A DNA stretch of 64,000 nucleotides from assembly GCA_963809485.1 (NCBI GenBank), contig CAWEJX010000012.1, positions 224,001 to 288,000 on the forward strand, written 5' to 3'. Shown here piece by piece: positions 50,901 to 59,854 of the stretch (the first letter of the stretch is position 1; each line of letters opens with the position of its first letter). The translations under genes were made by a program, and so were the position numbers. The DNA comes from an uncultured Acidobacteriota bacterium (GTDB taxonomy: Bacteria > Acidobacteriota > UBA6911). Below the pieces are notes generated by a model, which was not told where the DNA came from, did not search any database, and saw only the letters and a list, made by a program, of their open reading frames with translations.

Positions 50901-51546
50901 CATCAATAGCGTCCACACTCGGCTGCGCCACATATTGAAATCCGCTGTCGATGCCCAGGTTTGCATCCTGACCCTCAATCCTCAGAGTCTGCGTGCCCGC
51001 CGGAGTCCCCTGCAAGCGGATGCTGGTACTGTTCGCGGATCCGCTCGCCGACAGGCCGGGAACCAGGTCCGCGGCAGCGTATGGAGAGCGCATACCGCCT
51101 CCGACTGCCAGGATGGGCAGTTCGTTCAGGCGTTGAGAGGTGACGGTATGGCTCAGGTCGCCGCTCTCCGTCCTCAGCAACGGTGCGTCGGCATTGACCG
51201 TGACGGTTTCGGTGATGTTTCCTACCTCGAGCGCAACATCAACGCGCAGGGTTTGCGCCACGAGCACCGTGATGCCCGTTCGGACGTACTGCTTGAATCC
51301 TGATGCCGAAACGGATATCTGATAGCTGCCGGCCGGCAGCTGGGCAAGGGTGTAATTGCCCGTGGACGTGCTTTCTACCTGGTATAAAGCGCCGGTCTGG
51401 GAATTCTTGGCCTCGATCTTGGCGCCCGGTATCACCGCTCCTGCGGGATCCGCGATCGTGCCCGTGATTGTGCCTCGGTCGCTCTGGGCGAACGCCAATC
51501 CGCCCAGCATCAGCAAACATGTGAGTGCTATCAACACTGAACGCAT
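47935..51546 (-). CDS. Oar-type TonB-dependent receptor, copy C (1203 aa)
   Basis: Start reset to ATG 51546 (GGAGG RBS), giving the same length as copy B; near-identical protein. Confidence 0.93.
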   Translation of the reverse strand: MRSVLIALTCLLMLGGLAFAQSDRGTITGTIADPAGAVIPGAKIEAKNSQTGALYQVESTSTGNYTLAQLPAGSYQISVSASGFKQYVRTGITVLVAQTLRVDVALEVGNITETVTVNADAPLLRTESGDLSHTVTSQRLNELPILAVGGGMRSPYAAADLVPGLSASGSANSTSIRLQGTPAGTQTLRIEGQDANLGIDSGFQYVAQPSVDAIDEFAIQTSNFAAEFGQAGGGVMNAAIKSGTNALHGSAYDYFVNEAFNANRAYINQKPRDRKNDYGFTLGGPIYLPGIYDGRDKTFFFFNFEQYRTSVTYITPNTIPTVAMRNGDFSAILTGRNLCPPANPNCALDTKGNPVPIWENAIYDPATETTVNGLRVRDPFPNNRIPVERFDPVSAEIQALVPMPTNSAITNNFYPNQFIPSAKTIPAVKIDHFFSPKIKLSGYWSYAFTIGRKQMNDGLDFPGSMAYDNPQKSHTFRLNYDQTLSPTLLLHFGAGYMHTLWAQSQPEFKTEEELGLKGTYVDFFPTITGIFSPFGGYGNPTGGMGANQLYNLYEEKPTTNASLTWVKQNHTYKFGVELRLAGNPMYLDWPSNGYFAFNAIESGLPSTQGQNLFGGTVGFPWASFMLGAVDTGAIGPPTATRVGKSAWALFAQDTWKVTRKLTLDYGLRWDYQGYLREQHGRVPSISAAVPNPAVGNLPGGVIFEQTSGPFANVYKYAFGPRLGVAYQVTPKAVFRGGWGYSYGQTAPNNFWSMRFGSNVPFAAPAYGTPAMLLKDGVPIQPTWPNFDPGQFPAIPSTPTSFLTMFDHNAGRPPRIMMWSIGLQYQLTTNLAVEAAYVGNRGVWWQAAAINDPNRLTPEILAKNHLDINLKADRDLLLSRLDSQTAINRGFGTPPYPAFSKALTVNQALRPFPQFTGINVLWNPQGNTWYDSLQAKVTKRYSYGLDLTAAYTWGKELTLGTGETEDAAFFVLNPSINNSLDRNVNKYLSGYSRPHRLVVAANYRLPALETNKAVSWIIRDWTYGVMLTYTSGAPIRVPYAQNQIGTLLKLSTPMNFSFGAVPFGTGSFANRVEGEPYFTTDLNCTSCFDPNKEFVLNPKAWSDPAAGQFGTTAAYLSDYRYRRAPLENMSLGRTFPIVEQVTLNIRIELNNVFNRIRVPNPTATNAQATQRVDANGKPITGFGYINTGPGSVGRTGQIVARIQF

Positions 51547-51701
51547 GAGACCTATCCTCCTAGAAGATAATTGGGCTTGTGCGACCCATCCGAGGCTTCG
51601 GGCTTTATGGCACATCGGGCGCCGTCCCGTTCCAGCAGACAGGCCACTTCTCCAACAGTGATAATATTGAAGCCGCCGCTCGAATCCGGTATTCGGGCGG
51701 G

Positions 51702-51814
51702 AATATCTCTCAATTACGTCGTTTGCATCCGGCAGCCTGAACATGGACACCAAAGTCAGCAGGTGCAAAAGCTTCAACGAAGAGCTTCGCAGCAGGATCT
51801 TGACGGCGCCGGAT
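51702..51814 (-). promoter_or_regulatory. Conserved leader element upstream of TonB receptor C
   Basis: Same invariant 17-mer and complementary ends; TATACT -10-like hexamer just upstream at 51832..51837. Confidence 0.6.
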
Positions 51815-52189
51815 TTTAATCGGTTGCAGCCAGTATAAGATACTTTATAAATATTTGGCAAATATAAAGTACTCCCTTATGGGATGGGTATTTCATTTTG
51901 GACACTCCACGCATATCGGAAGCTTCTCCTTCTTAGTGCTCGATCTCCGAATTCGACTGCTGTTCGAGATGCCTTGCCATTGTCACTTTGTAAGAGCTTA
52001 TTTTGTTTTCCTTAGGTTGGGTGCGGCAGCTATAAGGCAATCCCCGCGATGCTATTTATTCAGGATGGAAAATCCGGCAGAATAGAGGGGCGCCACCGAT
52101 CGTTCCAATGTGCGTGGGTTACCACCAGGATATCGGCAGAAATGGAGCATTTTCATCCTGGCGCCGATATGTAACTCCATACTGAGGCT

Positions 52190-53950
52190 ATGCGTTCTAT
52201 GAATGCTTGCTGGAGGATCGACAGGACCCGATTGAGGATTTTTGCACTATTCGCAGCCTTGGCTTGCCTTCCCGTCAGCGCGGGGCCGGTGACGCAGAGG
52301 ATACGCTATCGGATCGACGCCGCGGTCGACTACGAACTGCTGACGCTGAAGGGGTCCGCCGAGGTAAGCATTCCGAACGAAGGGCAGGAAACTCTGCGCG
52401 ATGCTGTATTTTTCCTCTATGCCAATTCCAAGGGCATCGTCGGCGACGGGCGGCGGAAACACATAGCTGTCGACGGAGTAAGGCTTGGCACGGAGGCCCT
52501 GCCGTTTTCGCTGGATGGCCCGATACTGCGCGTGACGCTGAATACGCCTCAAAGCCGCTCCTTTGCTCTGCGAATCGATTATCACGGCGTCGTGCCGCGA
52601 TCTTCCGGCAACGGCGCGGGATTGACGGGCGCCCTCGGAGGTTTACTCGGCTCCATGAACGGCAACGCAGCGTCCGGGAACAGCGACTTCGGCCTCTATT
52701 GCTACAGCGATGGGATACTCAGCCTTGGATCCTTCTGGTACCCGCAGCTGGCCGTGCGAAAAAACGGGAAATGGGTGGATGAGGCGCCGGCGGGGCTGGG
52801 CGATGTAGCATACTCGGAAGCCAGCGATTTCGATGTCAGCCTTGCGGTCCCGGCGGACGTCAAGGTCATTACCTCAGGCACCCCATCCGGGACAGGCCGC
52901 TATATCGCCTCGAATGTGCGCGACTTCGCGGTCCTCATGAGTGAGGACTATGTGTGCAAATCAGCATTCATCGAGGCGTCCGGCAAAAACATAACCGTCG
53001 AAGCGTGCGCCACGCGCGGAAATGCGGCGCAGGTCGACCGCTCGCTGGAGGTGGCAGGCCGGGCCCTGCAGATTTACTCGGGCCGCTTCGGGGAATACCC
53101 CTACAAAAACTTCAAGGTGGTGGAAGGAACACTCACCGGCGGGGCAGGCGGAATGGAGTTCTCAGGCATGACGGCCATCGCCCCGATGCTCTACACGGAC
53201 TGGAGCACGCAACTCCGCGAGCTGACAGGGATGCTGGGTAACCTGGGCGGTCTGGATAAGCTGCTCGGCGGCCTTAATGCCGGGCAAGATGGCGGAGCTT
53301 CCAGGCAGCAGGCGGACTCCACGCCCCAGAAAACCGCCGGGGATCTTTTCGGCTCAATTCTGGGCCAGAAAAATGCCCTCGATTCGCTGCTGGAAATGAC
53401 CATCGCCCATGAGGCTGCGCACCAGTGGTGGGCGATGGCCGTGGGGAGCGACAGCGTGCGCGAGCCGTTTGTTGACGAGAGCTTGACCAACTATTCGGCG
53501 ATACTCTATTTTGAAGACCGTTACGGCAGAGAAGCCGCTCAGAAGATGATCGACACACACCTGAAGATGCCATACTCGATGGCGCGCCTGATGGGACTCC
53601 CCGATGCGCCGGCCAACCTCCCGACATCCGCATACGCCAGCAACCTTCAATACAGCGCTATCGTTTATGGAAAGGGTGCGCTTTATTACGACGCTTTGAG
53701 GCGCGCTGCCGGCGACGAGGCATTTTTCTCTGCTCTGCGCGCCTATTACCAAAAGTATCGCGGTCATCTGGCGGGGCCGCGAAGCTTTCTCGACCTTGTC
53801 AACACAAAGGCGCCTGCGGCGGGCGCCGGAGCATTATACCGGCACTGGATTGAGGAGACAAACGGGGACCAGGACATCTCCGGGCCGGGAATTATCGGGA
53901 TTCCGGGAATCCTTGGCGAATTATTGAGGAAAAGCAGCCCGCCGCAATAG
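52190..53950 (+). CDS. M1 family (gluzincin) aminopeptidase-like protein
   Basis: GGMEF, HEAAHQWW followed by DESL, YGKGA; signal-like N-terminus. Confidence 0.87.
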   Translation: MRSMNACWRIDRTRLRIFALFAALACLPVSAGPVTQRIRYRIDAAVDYELLTLKGSAEVSIPNEGQETLRDAVFFLYANSKGIVGDGRRKHIAVDGVRLGTEALPFSLDGPILRVTLNTPQSRSFALRIDYHGVVPRSSGNGAGLTGALGGLLGSMNGNAASGNSDFGLYCYSDGILSLGSFWYPQLAVRKNGKWVDEAPAGLGDVAYSEASDFDVSLAVPADVKVITSGTPSGTGRYIASNVRDFAVLMSEDYVCKSAFIEASGKNITVEACATRGNAAQVDRSLEVAGRALQIYSGRFGEYPYKNFKVVEGTLTGGAGGMEFSGMTAIAPMLYTDWSTQLRELTGMLGNLGGLDKLLGGLNAGQDGGASRQQADSTPQKTAGDLFGSILGQKNALDSLLEMTIAHEAAHQWWAMAVGSDSVREPFVDESLTNYSAILYFEDRYGREAAQKMIDTHLKMPYSMARLMGLPDAPANLPTSAYASNLQYSAIVYGKGALYYDALRRAAGDEAFFSALRAYYQKYRGHLAGPRSFLDLVNTKAPAAGAGALYRHWIEETNGDQDISGPGIIGIPGILGELLRKSSPPQ

Positions 53951-54072
53951 GAGCCAGTGTTTGTCAGCGTTTTTTTATCAGCGCATGTCAGTGTTATCGG
54001 TTCCCGGGAAATTTTCACCCTCCAAATTCGCCGGCAAAACCGCGTATGAACGATGCGCCGAATCCAGACCCA

Positions 54073-55467
54073 TTATTTCTTTCCCGGCATTCCGCCTGAA
54101 TACAGCGCGGCGAAATGGAAATCGTACTGCCGGCCTGCCACATAGCAGAGGACGGCGGATATCGTCAGTGGAATCGATATCAGGGCCAGCAGTGTCCCCA
54201 GAGGCAATCTTGCCAGAAGAAGGCCGCCGAGAGAGGGCCCCAGGATGGCCCCGATCCGCGCCACGGCTATGGCCGTGCCGGCGCCCTGGTTCCTGCAGCT
54301 TGACGGATACACGATTGGGGCGAGTATCGTCACATCCATGTGAGCGGAATTGATGAAGAATCCGCTGGCAAAAAGCAATACGACAAAGCCCGTCTGCGCC
54401 TGGTTGCCCATGAATATGACGCAGACACCGGCAATGACATACAGTACCGATCCCCACCGGAAGCCGACCTTGTCAAAGTAGAAGCCGCTCAACAGGCAGC
54501 CGATGGCGACCAGGACCCCGTTGGTCCCGGTGATAAATGCCGCCGTTGAAGCGGAAAAGCCTTTCACCACGAGCAGTTGCGGCGCCCAGGAGCCGAAAAA
54601 GAAAACCGCGATGGAACTGACCAGGTAAAAGGTCCAGATGACGGGCGTAACCCATGCCAGCCTGCCCGAGAAAAGCTCCTTCACAGAACGGCGTTGCTTG
54701 CCCGATTCGGCGGAGATAAACCGGGTGCTTTCATCAACCAGGATGCCGGGTCGCAGCTTTTGGACTATCGCGGCAAGAGCCTTCCTCTGCTTCTCGGTTT
54801 TGTATCTGACGGAAAGCCATCGGGCGGATTCGGGAAGCATCAGGATGAGCACGATTATTACGGCGAGGGGGGCAAAGAAACCCAGAAGGAACAAGGGCCG
54901 CCAGCCCACGCTTTGCAGCATGAAGCCGGCAATGTACCCGGCGAGAACAATACCGACCAGAAAGCCCGAATACATGACCGACACGTACTTCCCTCGCCCC
55001 TTGGAAGGCGAATACTCGCTGGTCAGCGTAATCGCGCATGGCACGGCGCCCCCCAGACCGATCCCGGCGAAGACGCGCATCGGGATGAGAGTCTCGAGGG
55101 AATGCGAAAAGTAAACGAGCATCGTGGCAACCGAGAAAAGAAACGCTCCAAGGATGAGCGATTTCTTCCGTCCGATAGTATCCGAGAGAGTGCCGAAAGC
55201 CAGTGCGCCGAACAGATACCCCACGAACGCCGCGGAAAATACTCCGCCGAACAGCGCGGTGCCTATATCCCATTCCTTCATTACGGTCGGGGCCGCCACC
55301 GAAATGATCCCATAATCATACCCATCCATCAGCATGATCAGACCGCACAAGATGACGACACGGATTGAAATACGGTTCAGTCTGGAATCGTCAATGATTT
55401 TCCCAACGTCGATCACCGGCGCTTCTCTGCCGGTCCCGCTTGCATCGGCCTCGCTGATGGTGCCCAT
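54073..55467 (-). CDS. Aromatic acid:H+ symporter family MFS transporter (PcaK/BenK/MhpT-like)
   Basis: MDGYD in TM1, SDTIGRK, GLGGAVP...LTSEYSP, PESARWL, YP..R..G.G.A..VARIG. Confidence 0.85.
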   Translation of the reverse strand: MGTISEADASGTGREAPVIDVGKIIDDSRLNRISIRVVILCGLIMLMDGYDYGIISVAAPTVMKEWDIGTALFGGVFSAAFVGYLFGALAFGTLSDTIGRKKSLILGAFLFSVATMLVYFSHSLETLIPMRVFAGIGLGGAVPCAITLTSEYSPSKGRGKYVSVMYSGFLVGIVLAGYIAGFMLQSVGWRPLFLLGFFAPLAVIIVLILMLPESARWLSVRYKTEKQRKALAAIVQKLRPGILVDESTRFISAESGKQRRSVKELFSGRLAWVTPVIWTFYLVSSIAVFFFGSWAPQLLVVKGFSASTAAFITGTNGVLVAIGCLLSGFYFDKVGFRWGSVLYVIAGVCVIFMGNQAQTGFVVLLFASGFFINSAHMDVTILAPIVYPSSCRNQGAGTAIAVARIGAILGPSLGGLLLARLPLGTLLALISIPLTISAVLCYVAGRQYDFHFAALYSGGMPGKK

Positions 55468-55625
55468 GGAAAACTCCCCGCATTTTCAGCTGCGAATTCC
55501 ATCCCCGGCGGGACCTGCAATCCCGGGGGAGGGATGACTCGCCAAAAGGCCTTCCAGCCGGCAAACGGATGCCGTCCGGCCGCTGGCGCAGATCCCGGCC
55601 GCCTCGATTCTGCCCATCCGTTCCA

Positions 55626-57065
55626 TCAGTGGGTTCCCGTGAGAATTGCGCCCTGCGCCACCAGGATACGCTGGAGTTCGGCAACATCGGCCTCCAGCAT
55701 CCTCGGTGTGATGCCGTGTTTTGCGCAGAGAGCAGCCGCCACACCGGCTGCCTGCCCCGTTACCATCGTTTGCATGAGGAACCGTTGATAGGCCTCGCGC
55801 CGCGTCGAAACCGCCTTGCCTGCAACAAGCAGATTCTCGATTTCCAGGGGAACCAGGCAGCGGTAAGGGATGTCATGCGATCCGCCGTTGCGGGGGACAT
55901 CGGGAGGCTTCATGGTTGCCAGGGTTCCCGGGCCCACGACGTGGACGGCGCCGGCCGGGAAAGCGCTCTTGCCTATCACGTCGCTGAATTTGCGCTCCTC
56001 AATCACATCTTCGCCCTTTAAAACGTAGTCGCCCATGATGCGCCGGCCTTCGCGGATCCGCAACTCGGGACAAACCCTGGTAATGTAGGCATTCTCAAAA
56101 CCGGGCAGATACTTTTTGATAAAATTCCAGGCTATCACGACCTGCCTGCGGCATTCGATTTCACCATAGGTCAGGTCCTCGGCGTCGGTCGCGTCGCAAT
56201 TCCCGACTTGCGAGGAGTGCTGAAAATGGGCCTGGACGACGCCGCCCTCGCGCGGAATCAGGAAAAAGCCGACACCGCTGTATCCGTGCCACTCGCCGGT
56301 CTCCAGCCCTTTCAACTTGAGGCTCCGGTATCCCATGATTTCACCGAATTCGGCGATGGTGTCGACCTTCCGGATGCGTTCGACGAGCTGTTCGAAAGTC
56401 CACTGATGCTGCGTGTTCTCCTGGAAGCGCTCGAACTCGAATTCCCGGGGATTGCTTTTGATGTATTCGAGGACTTTGTTCCAGTCGACCCCATCCGCGG
56501 TGAATGCAAGAGAGTGGGGTTCCATCTGTTCTTTGGGCAGGATCTCGTAAGGGGCGCCTGCGCGCGCCGCGACTTCCCCTTCACCCGTGCAGTCGATGGT
56601 CACCTTGCCCGGAATCATTTGCCGCCCCGACACATTTTCCACCACAACGCCCTTCACGGCATTGCCTTCCTTGACGACATCGACGACAAGAGAGCGGAGG
56701 AGGAGCTTCACATTGTTTTCGCGCATCATTTCGAAGATCAGCAACCCCCACCAGTCCGGATCCACGTAGGCGAAGGTGTACCAGCCGCGGAAATCCGGCT
56801 CCATATGGGGAATCGCGTGCCCTTCCCTTAGGAGGCGCTCGTGAGTTTCGGCGATGATTCCGCCGATTATGCGTTCTTGCCGTTCATTGTAAAGATTGGC
56901 GTAGGCGAAACCCGGGGGGCCGGAAATGTTCATCTGGCCGCCCAAGGCTCCGACCCGCTCAATGACGATGGTTTTCGCCCCTGTCCTCGCCGATGCGATT
57001 GCCGCGGCTACCCCCGACGTCCCCCCACCGGCCACGATCACGTCATATTCAGCGTTTGCCTGCAT
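55626..57065 (-). CDS. FAD-dependent oxidoreductase (FAD_oxidored-like family)
   Basis: YDVIVAGGGTSG, IDCTGEG, IREGRRIMGDY, IPYRCLVP..NLLVAGK, GQAAGVAAA; start at ATG 57065 behind AAGGAGG. Confidence 0.88.
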   Translation of the reverse strand: MQANAEYDVIVAGGGTSGVAAAIASARTGAKTIVIERVGALGGQMNISGPPGFAYANLYNERQERIIGGIIAETHERLLREGHAIPHMEPDFRGWYTFAYVDPDWWGLLIFEMMRENNVKLLLRSLVVDVVKEGNAVKGVVVENVSGRQMIPGKVTIDCTGEGEVAARAGAPYEILPKEQMEPHSLAFTADGVDWNKVLEYIKSNPREFEFERFQENTQHQWTFEQLVERIRKVDTIAEFGEIMGYRSLKLKGLETGEWHGYSGVGFFLIPREGGVVQAHFQHSSQVGNCDATDAEDLTYGEIECRRQVVIAWNFIKKYLPGFENAYITRVCPELRIREGRRIMGDYVLKGEDVIEERKFSDVIGKSAFPAGAVHVVGPGTLATMKPPDVPRNGGSHDIPYRCLVPLEIENLLVAGKAVSTRREAYQRFLMQTMVTGQAAGVAAALCAKHGITPRMLEADVAELQRILVAQGAILTGTH

Positions 57066-57319
57066 GACTACCTCCTTATCGAATCGAGGCGTCGAACCGC
57101 TTCTCTCGTAAGGCACTTTTTGATACTTGTCAATTTTAATTTACCGCACCATCCCGGCATATTTCGGATCGATTCCCGGGAATGCGCCTCCCATGATCAT
57201 GGACGCGAAGTGTGCGGCAGTCAACAATCTCCGGAAAAGCCGGCGCATTACTGATACATTCAGGCTGCTGGAAAATTGCGGGCGCAGGAGCGGGCGTGGT
57301 ATCCTCGGGGCCGGCCACG

Positions 57320-59491
57320 CTATTTGGCGAACATATAGGTGAATTTGGCGGTGATGGAGCGGTCGAGCATTTCCCCTGTCAACTGGTCGCGCTGCTCGTT
57401 GTAGACGAGATAGAAGTCGCTCAAGGGACGATGAATGATGTTGAAGCGCACATTGGAGCTCCATTGGCGCAAATCGCTGTTGTATTGGACCAGAGCCTTC
57501 AGGAAAACGCTTGTGGAGAACGAATAATTGAAGCGCCCGACAAAGAGGTCGGTGGCAAAATGCCCGTTCGGCTGCGGGAGTGAAATGATGTTGCGGGTGT
57601 AATCCATCGAGGCATTCATTTTATAGTTCACACGAAAGCCGGCGCCGGCCATGTAGGAATGTTTGTATCCGCCGTAAAAATCACCGACATCAAAGCGGCC
57701 GGCGCCGTAAATCCGGCGCGATTCGTCTGAATTGCCGCGGATGAAGTAGCTTCGGAACTCATAGGTCCCGACCGGCACCTGAATGCCTTCCGCGTTTGAA
57801 ATCGTAAAAGGCTCGCGGACATACTCAAACGTCGAGTTGGTCCCGGTCTCAGCCTGGGAACCGTTCTGGAAGTCTACAGTGAAGTGATACCCGAGTTCCC
57901 GTGTTTCCGTGCTGCCGTCGAATCCCTTTACATATGTAAGAGGCGAATGCGGCCTGAGGCTGCGAATCCATTTGCGAAGCCCTTCCGGACGCCAGTCGTA
58001 GGCCAGATAGCTCCACAGTTTGCGAATTCCCGTGCGCGGAACGAAGCCCATTTCATTGGTGAAATTTTCCTGAATATCGGTATAGGTCACATCGGCAGTA
58101 TAGGTGCCGTCGCGGTAATTGAAACCCAGGTTTGAGGCCCAGTTTTTTGTGTCCTTGCCTTCATCAGGGCTGAAGGATTTGGCCGCGTAACCGTTAAAAC
58201 TGACGGCCTGGCCGAAACGGAAGTTGGCGTCTGCACCGAACACGCGGTTGTAGTGGGGACCTTCGACTTCCTTGTTCGTCATCATGACGCCGATGTCGGA
58301 GTTCGCCAGTATGTTCCTGCGCAAACGGGCGACGGTGAAATTGGTGGCACGATTGTCCTCAAATTCCCTTTGCTGCATGTTGAGAGCCCCGAGTTCCCAG
58401 TTGGCGGCCCGGCCCGTGATCCGGGTGCCCCCAAAAATCGGGATAGGCTGGCCGTCGTCCGAGAGGCCGATCCTGCGGCTGAAGAAAAAGATCATGTCGC
58501 TGGACATGGCCATCGAGCTTCCTGTGCCGAACTGGAAAATGCCTGAATTCTCGAGGAAGAAATCCCTTTTCTCGGGAAAGAAGAGGCTGAAACGCGTAAG
58601 GTTGATCTGCTGCTCATCGGCTTCCACCTGCGAAAAATCGGTGTTATAGGTGAAATCCCAGGTGAAGCCGGTGGTTACTCCATATTTTACATCGAACCCA
58701 AAATCGGCATCTCCTTCGGTATTTCCGCCTCCGTGCTTGAGCAGGCTGCCCAAAACATAAGGCTTGACCTTAAGATTCGCCCCCGGCTTGATTTCCTCCA
58801 GGTTTTCGAGCGTTCCGGCGAGTGAGACTCTTTGAATGCTGTAGATGCGCGGCAGAGGGGACCAGTGGCCGTCTTCATTGCGATTGTTGCTGCGCAGTTT
58901 TCGGTGAAAATTCAGCCCCCAGGTCTGGATGGCCGCGTCCTTGAATTTCAGGGTCTTGAAGGGAATCGCCATTTCTGCAATCCAGCCATCGATCTGGCGC
59001 GAGGTTTTTACATACCAGACGCCGTCCCAGTCGTCGTCGACGGCGCGTCCTTCGTTGATCATCTGCGCGTCATATTTGGCTCCTGCCGCGTTGGTTGAAA
59101 ACAGGTAGCCGTTGCGCTCATCGTGGAAAGTGTCCAGAACAACATCCACGGTATCCGCAGATGCCGTGTTGAAATCCTTATCCAGTTCGTTGATGACAAG
59201 CCCCTCCATTCGGCTCTCGTGCATGAAGAATCCGAAATAGATATTCTCCTCGTCGTAGAGCACGCGCACTTCCGTTTCTTCGGTAGCAGGCTCGCCCGGC
59301 GCAGGCTCGTTTTGAATGAAGTGGGTCGCTACCGGGGCGCTGCTCCAGGCTTTTTCGTCGAGTTTGCCATCGATGGCAATTTTTCCGTCAATCTTGACCG
59401 ATTCCAGCCTGCGCTCCTGATGCGCATTTTCGTAGTCAATTTCTCTTGCATTCGCGGTTGCCAGGAAAAACAGGATAGCCATAAGCACCAT
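57320..59491 (-). CDS. CBM9-like plus DUF5916-like domain protein (probable outer-membrane barrel)
   Basis: IDGKLDE..W, W.AEMAIPF.TL, NTDFSQVEAD...NLTRF.LFFPEKRDFFLE, FFSRRIGL, terminal KFTYMF. Confidence 0.8.
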   Translation of the reverse strand: MVLMAILFFLATANAREIDYENAHQERRLESVKIDGKIAIDGKLDEKAWSSAPVATHFIQNEPAPGEPATEETEVRVLYDEENIYFGFFMHESRMEGLVINELDKDFNTASADTVDVVLDTFHDERNGYLFSTNAAGAKYDAQMINEGRAVDDDWDGVWYVKTSRQIDGWIAEMAIPFKTLKFKDAAIQTWGLNFHRKLRSNNRNEDGHWSPLPRIYSIQRVSLAGTLENLEEIKPGANLKVKPYVLGSLLKHGGGNTEGDADFGFDVKYGVTTGFTWDFTYNTDFSQVEADEQQINLTRFSLFFPEKRDFFLENSGIFQFGTGSSMAMSSDMIFFFSRRIGLSDDGQPIPIFGGTRITGRAANWELGALNMQQREFEDNRATNFTVARLRRNILANSDIGVMMTNKEVEGPHYNRVFGADANFRFGQAVSFNGYAAKSFSPDEGKDTKNWASNLGFNYRDGTYTADVTYTDIQENFTNEMGFVPRTGIRKLWSYLAYDWRPEGLRKWIRSLRPHSPLTYVKGFDGSTETRELGYHFTVDFQNGSQAETGTNSTFEYVREPFTISNAEGIQVPVGTYEFRSYFIRGNSDESRRIYGAGRFDVGDFYGGYKHSYMAGAGFRVNYKMNASMDYTRNIISLPQPNGHFATDLFVGRFNYSFSTSVFLKALVQYNSDLRQWSSNVRFNIIHRPLSDFYLVYNEQRDQLTGEMLDRSITAKFTYMFAK

Positions 59492-59756
59492 AAGGAAGTC
59501 CCCTGAATCCTTTTATGCAGAACAAATCCGGAATTTTACATGATTGTTTAAATTTGCGCCATCCCGTTAAAGCGGCCTCAATGCGGGCATAGTATTGCAG
59601 GAAGTGATGCGGAGTTCGCGGAGCAAATGATTGACGCGGGCAGCCCGGTTTCCGATGAAACGCTTCTTTTGCCTCAAGAGGTCGGCCCTTTGCAGTGCGA
59701 CACCATCGGAAGCGTCTCGTTGGCTCCTGCAAGCCGACCGGTGCCTTTGTGATCAG

Positions 59757-59847
59757 CGTTCGTCAGTGTTTTGTCAGTGTATGTCAGCGTTCAATGATCC
59801 TGGAACGTTCAAACTCTGTGAGCTCCTCAGCAGAGCCGGCGGTTACC
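59757..59847. mobile_element. Degenerate third copy (right half) of the IS200/IS605-like element
   Basis: TCAG(C/T)G repeats then TCAAACTCTGTGAG..CAGAGCCGGCGGTTACC, aligning with 1789..1880. Confidence 0.6.
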
Positions 59848-59854
59848 CCTTAAT

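Noticed and set aside
51547-51861. 105 aa N-terminal extension of receptor C
   Set aside because: True start is 51546: it has an RBS and signal peptide and gives the same length as copy B
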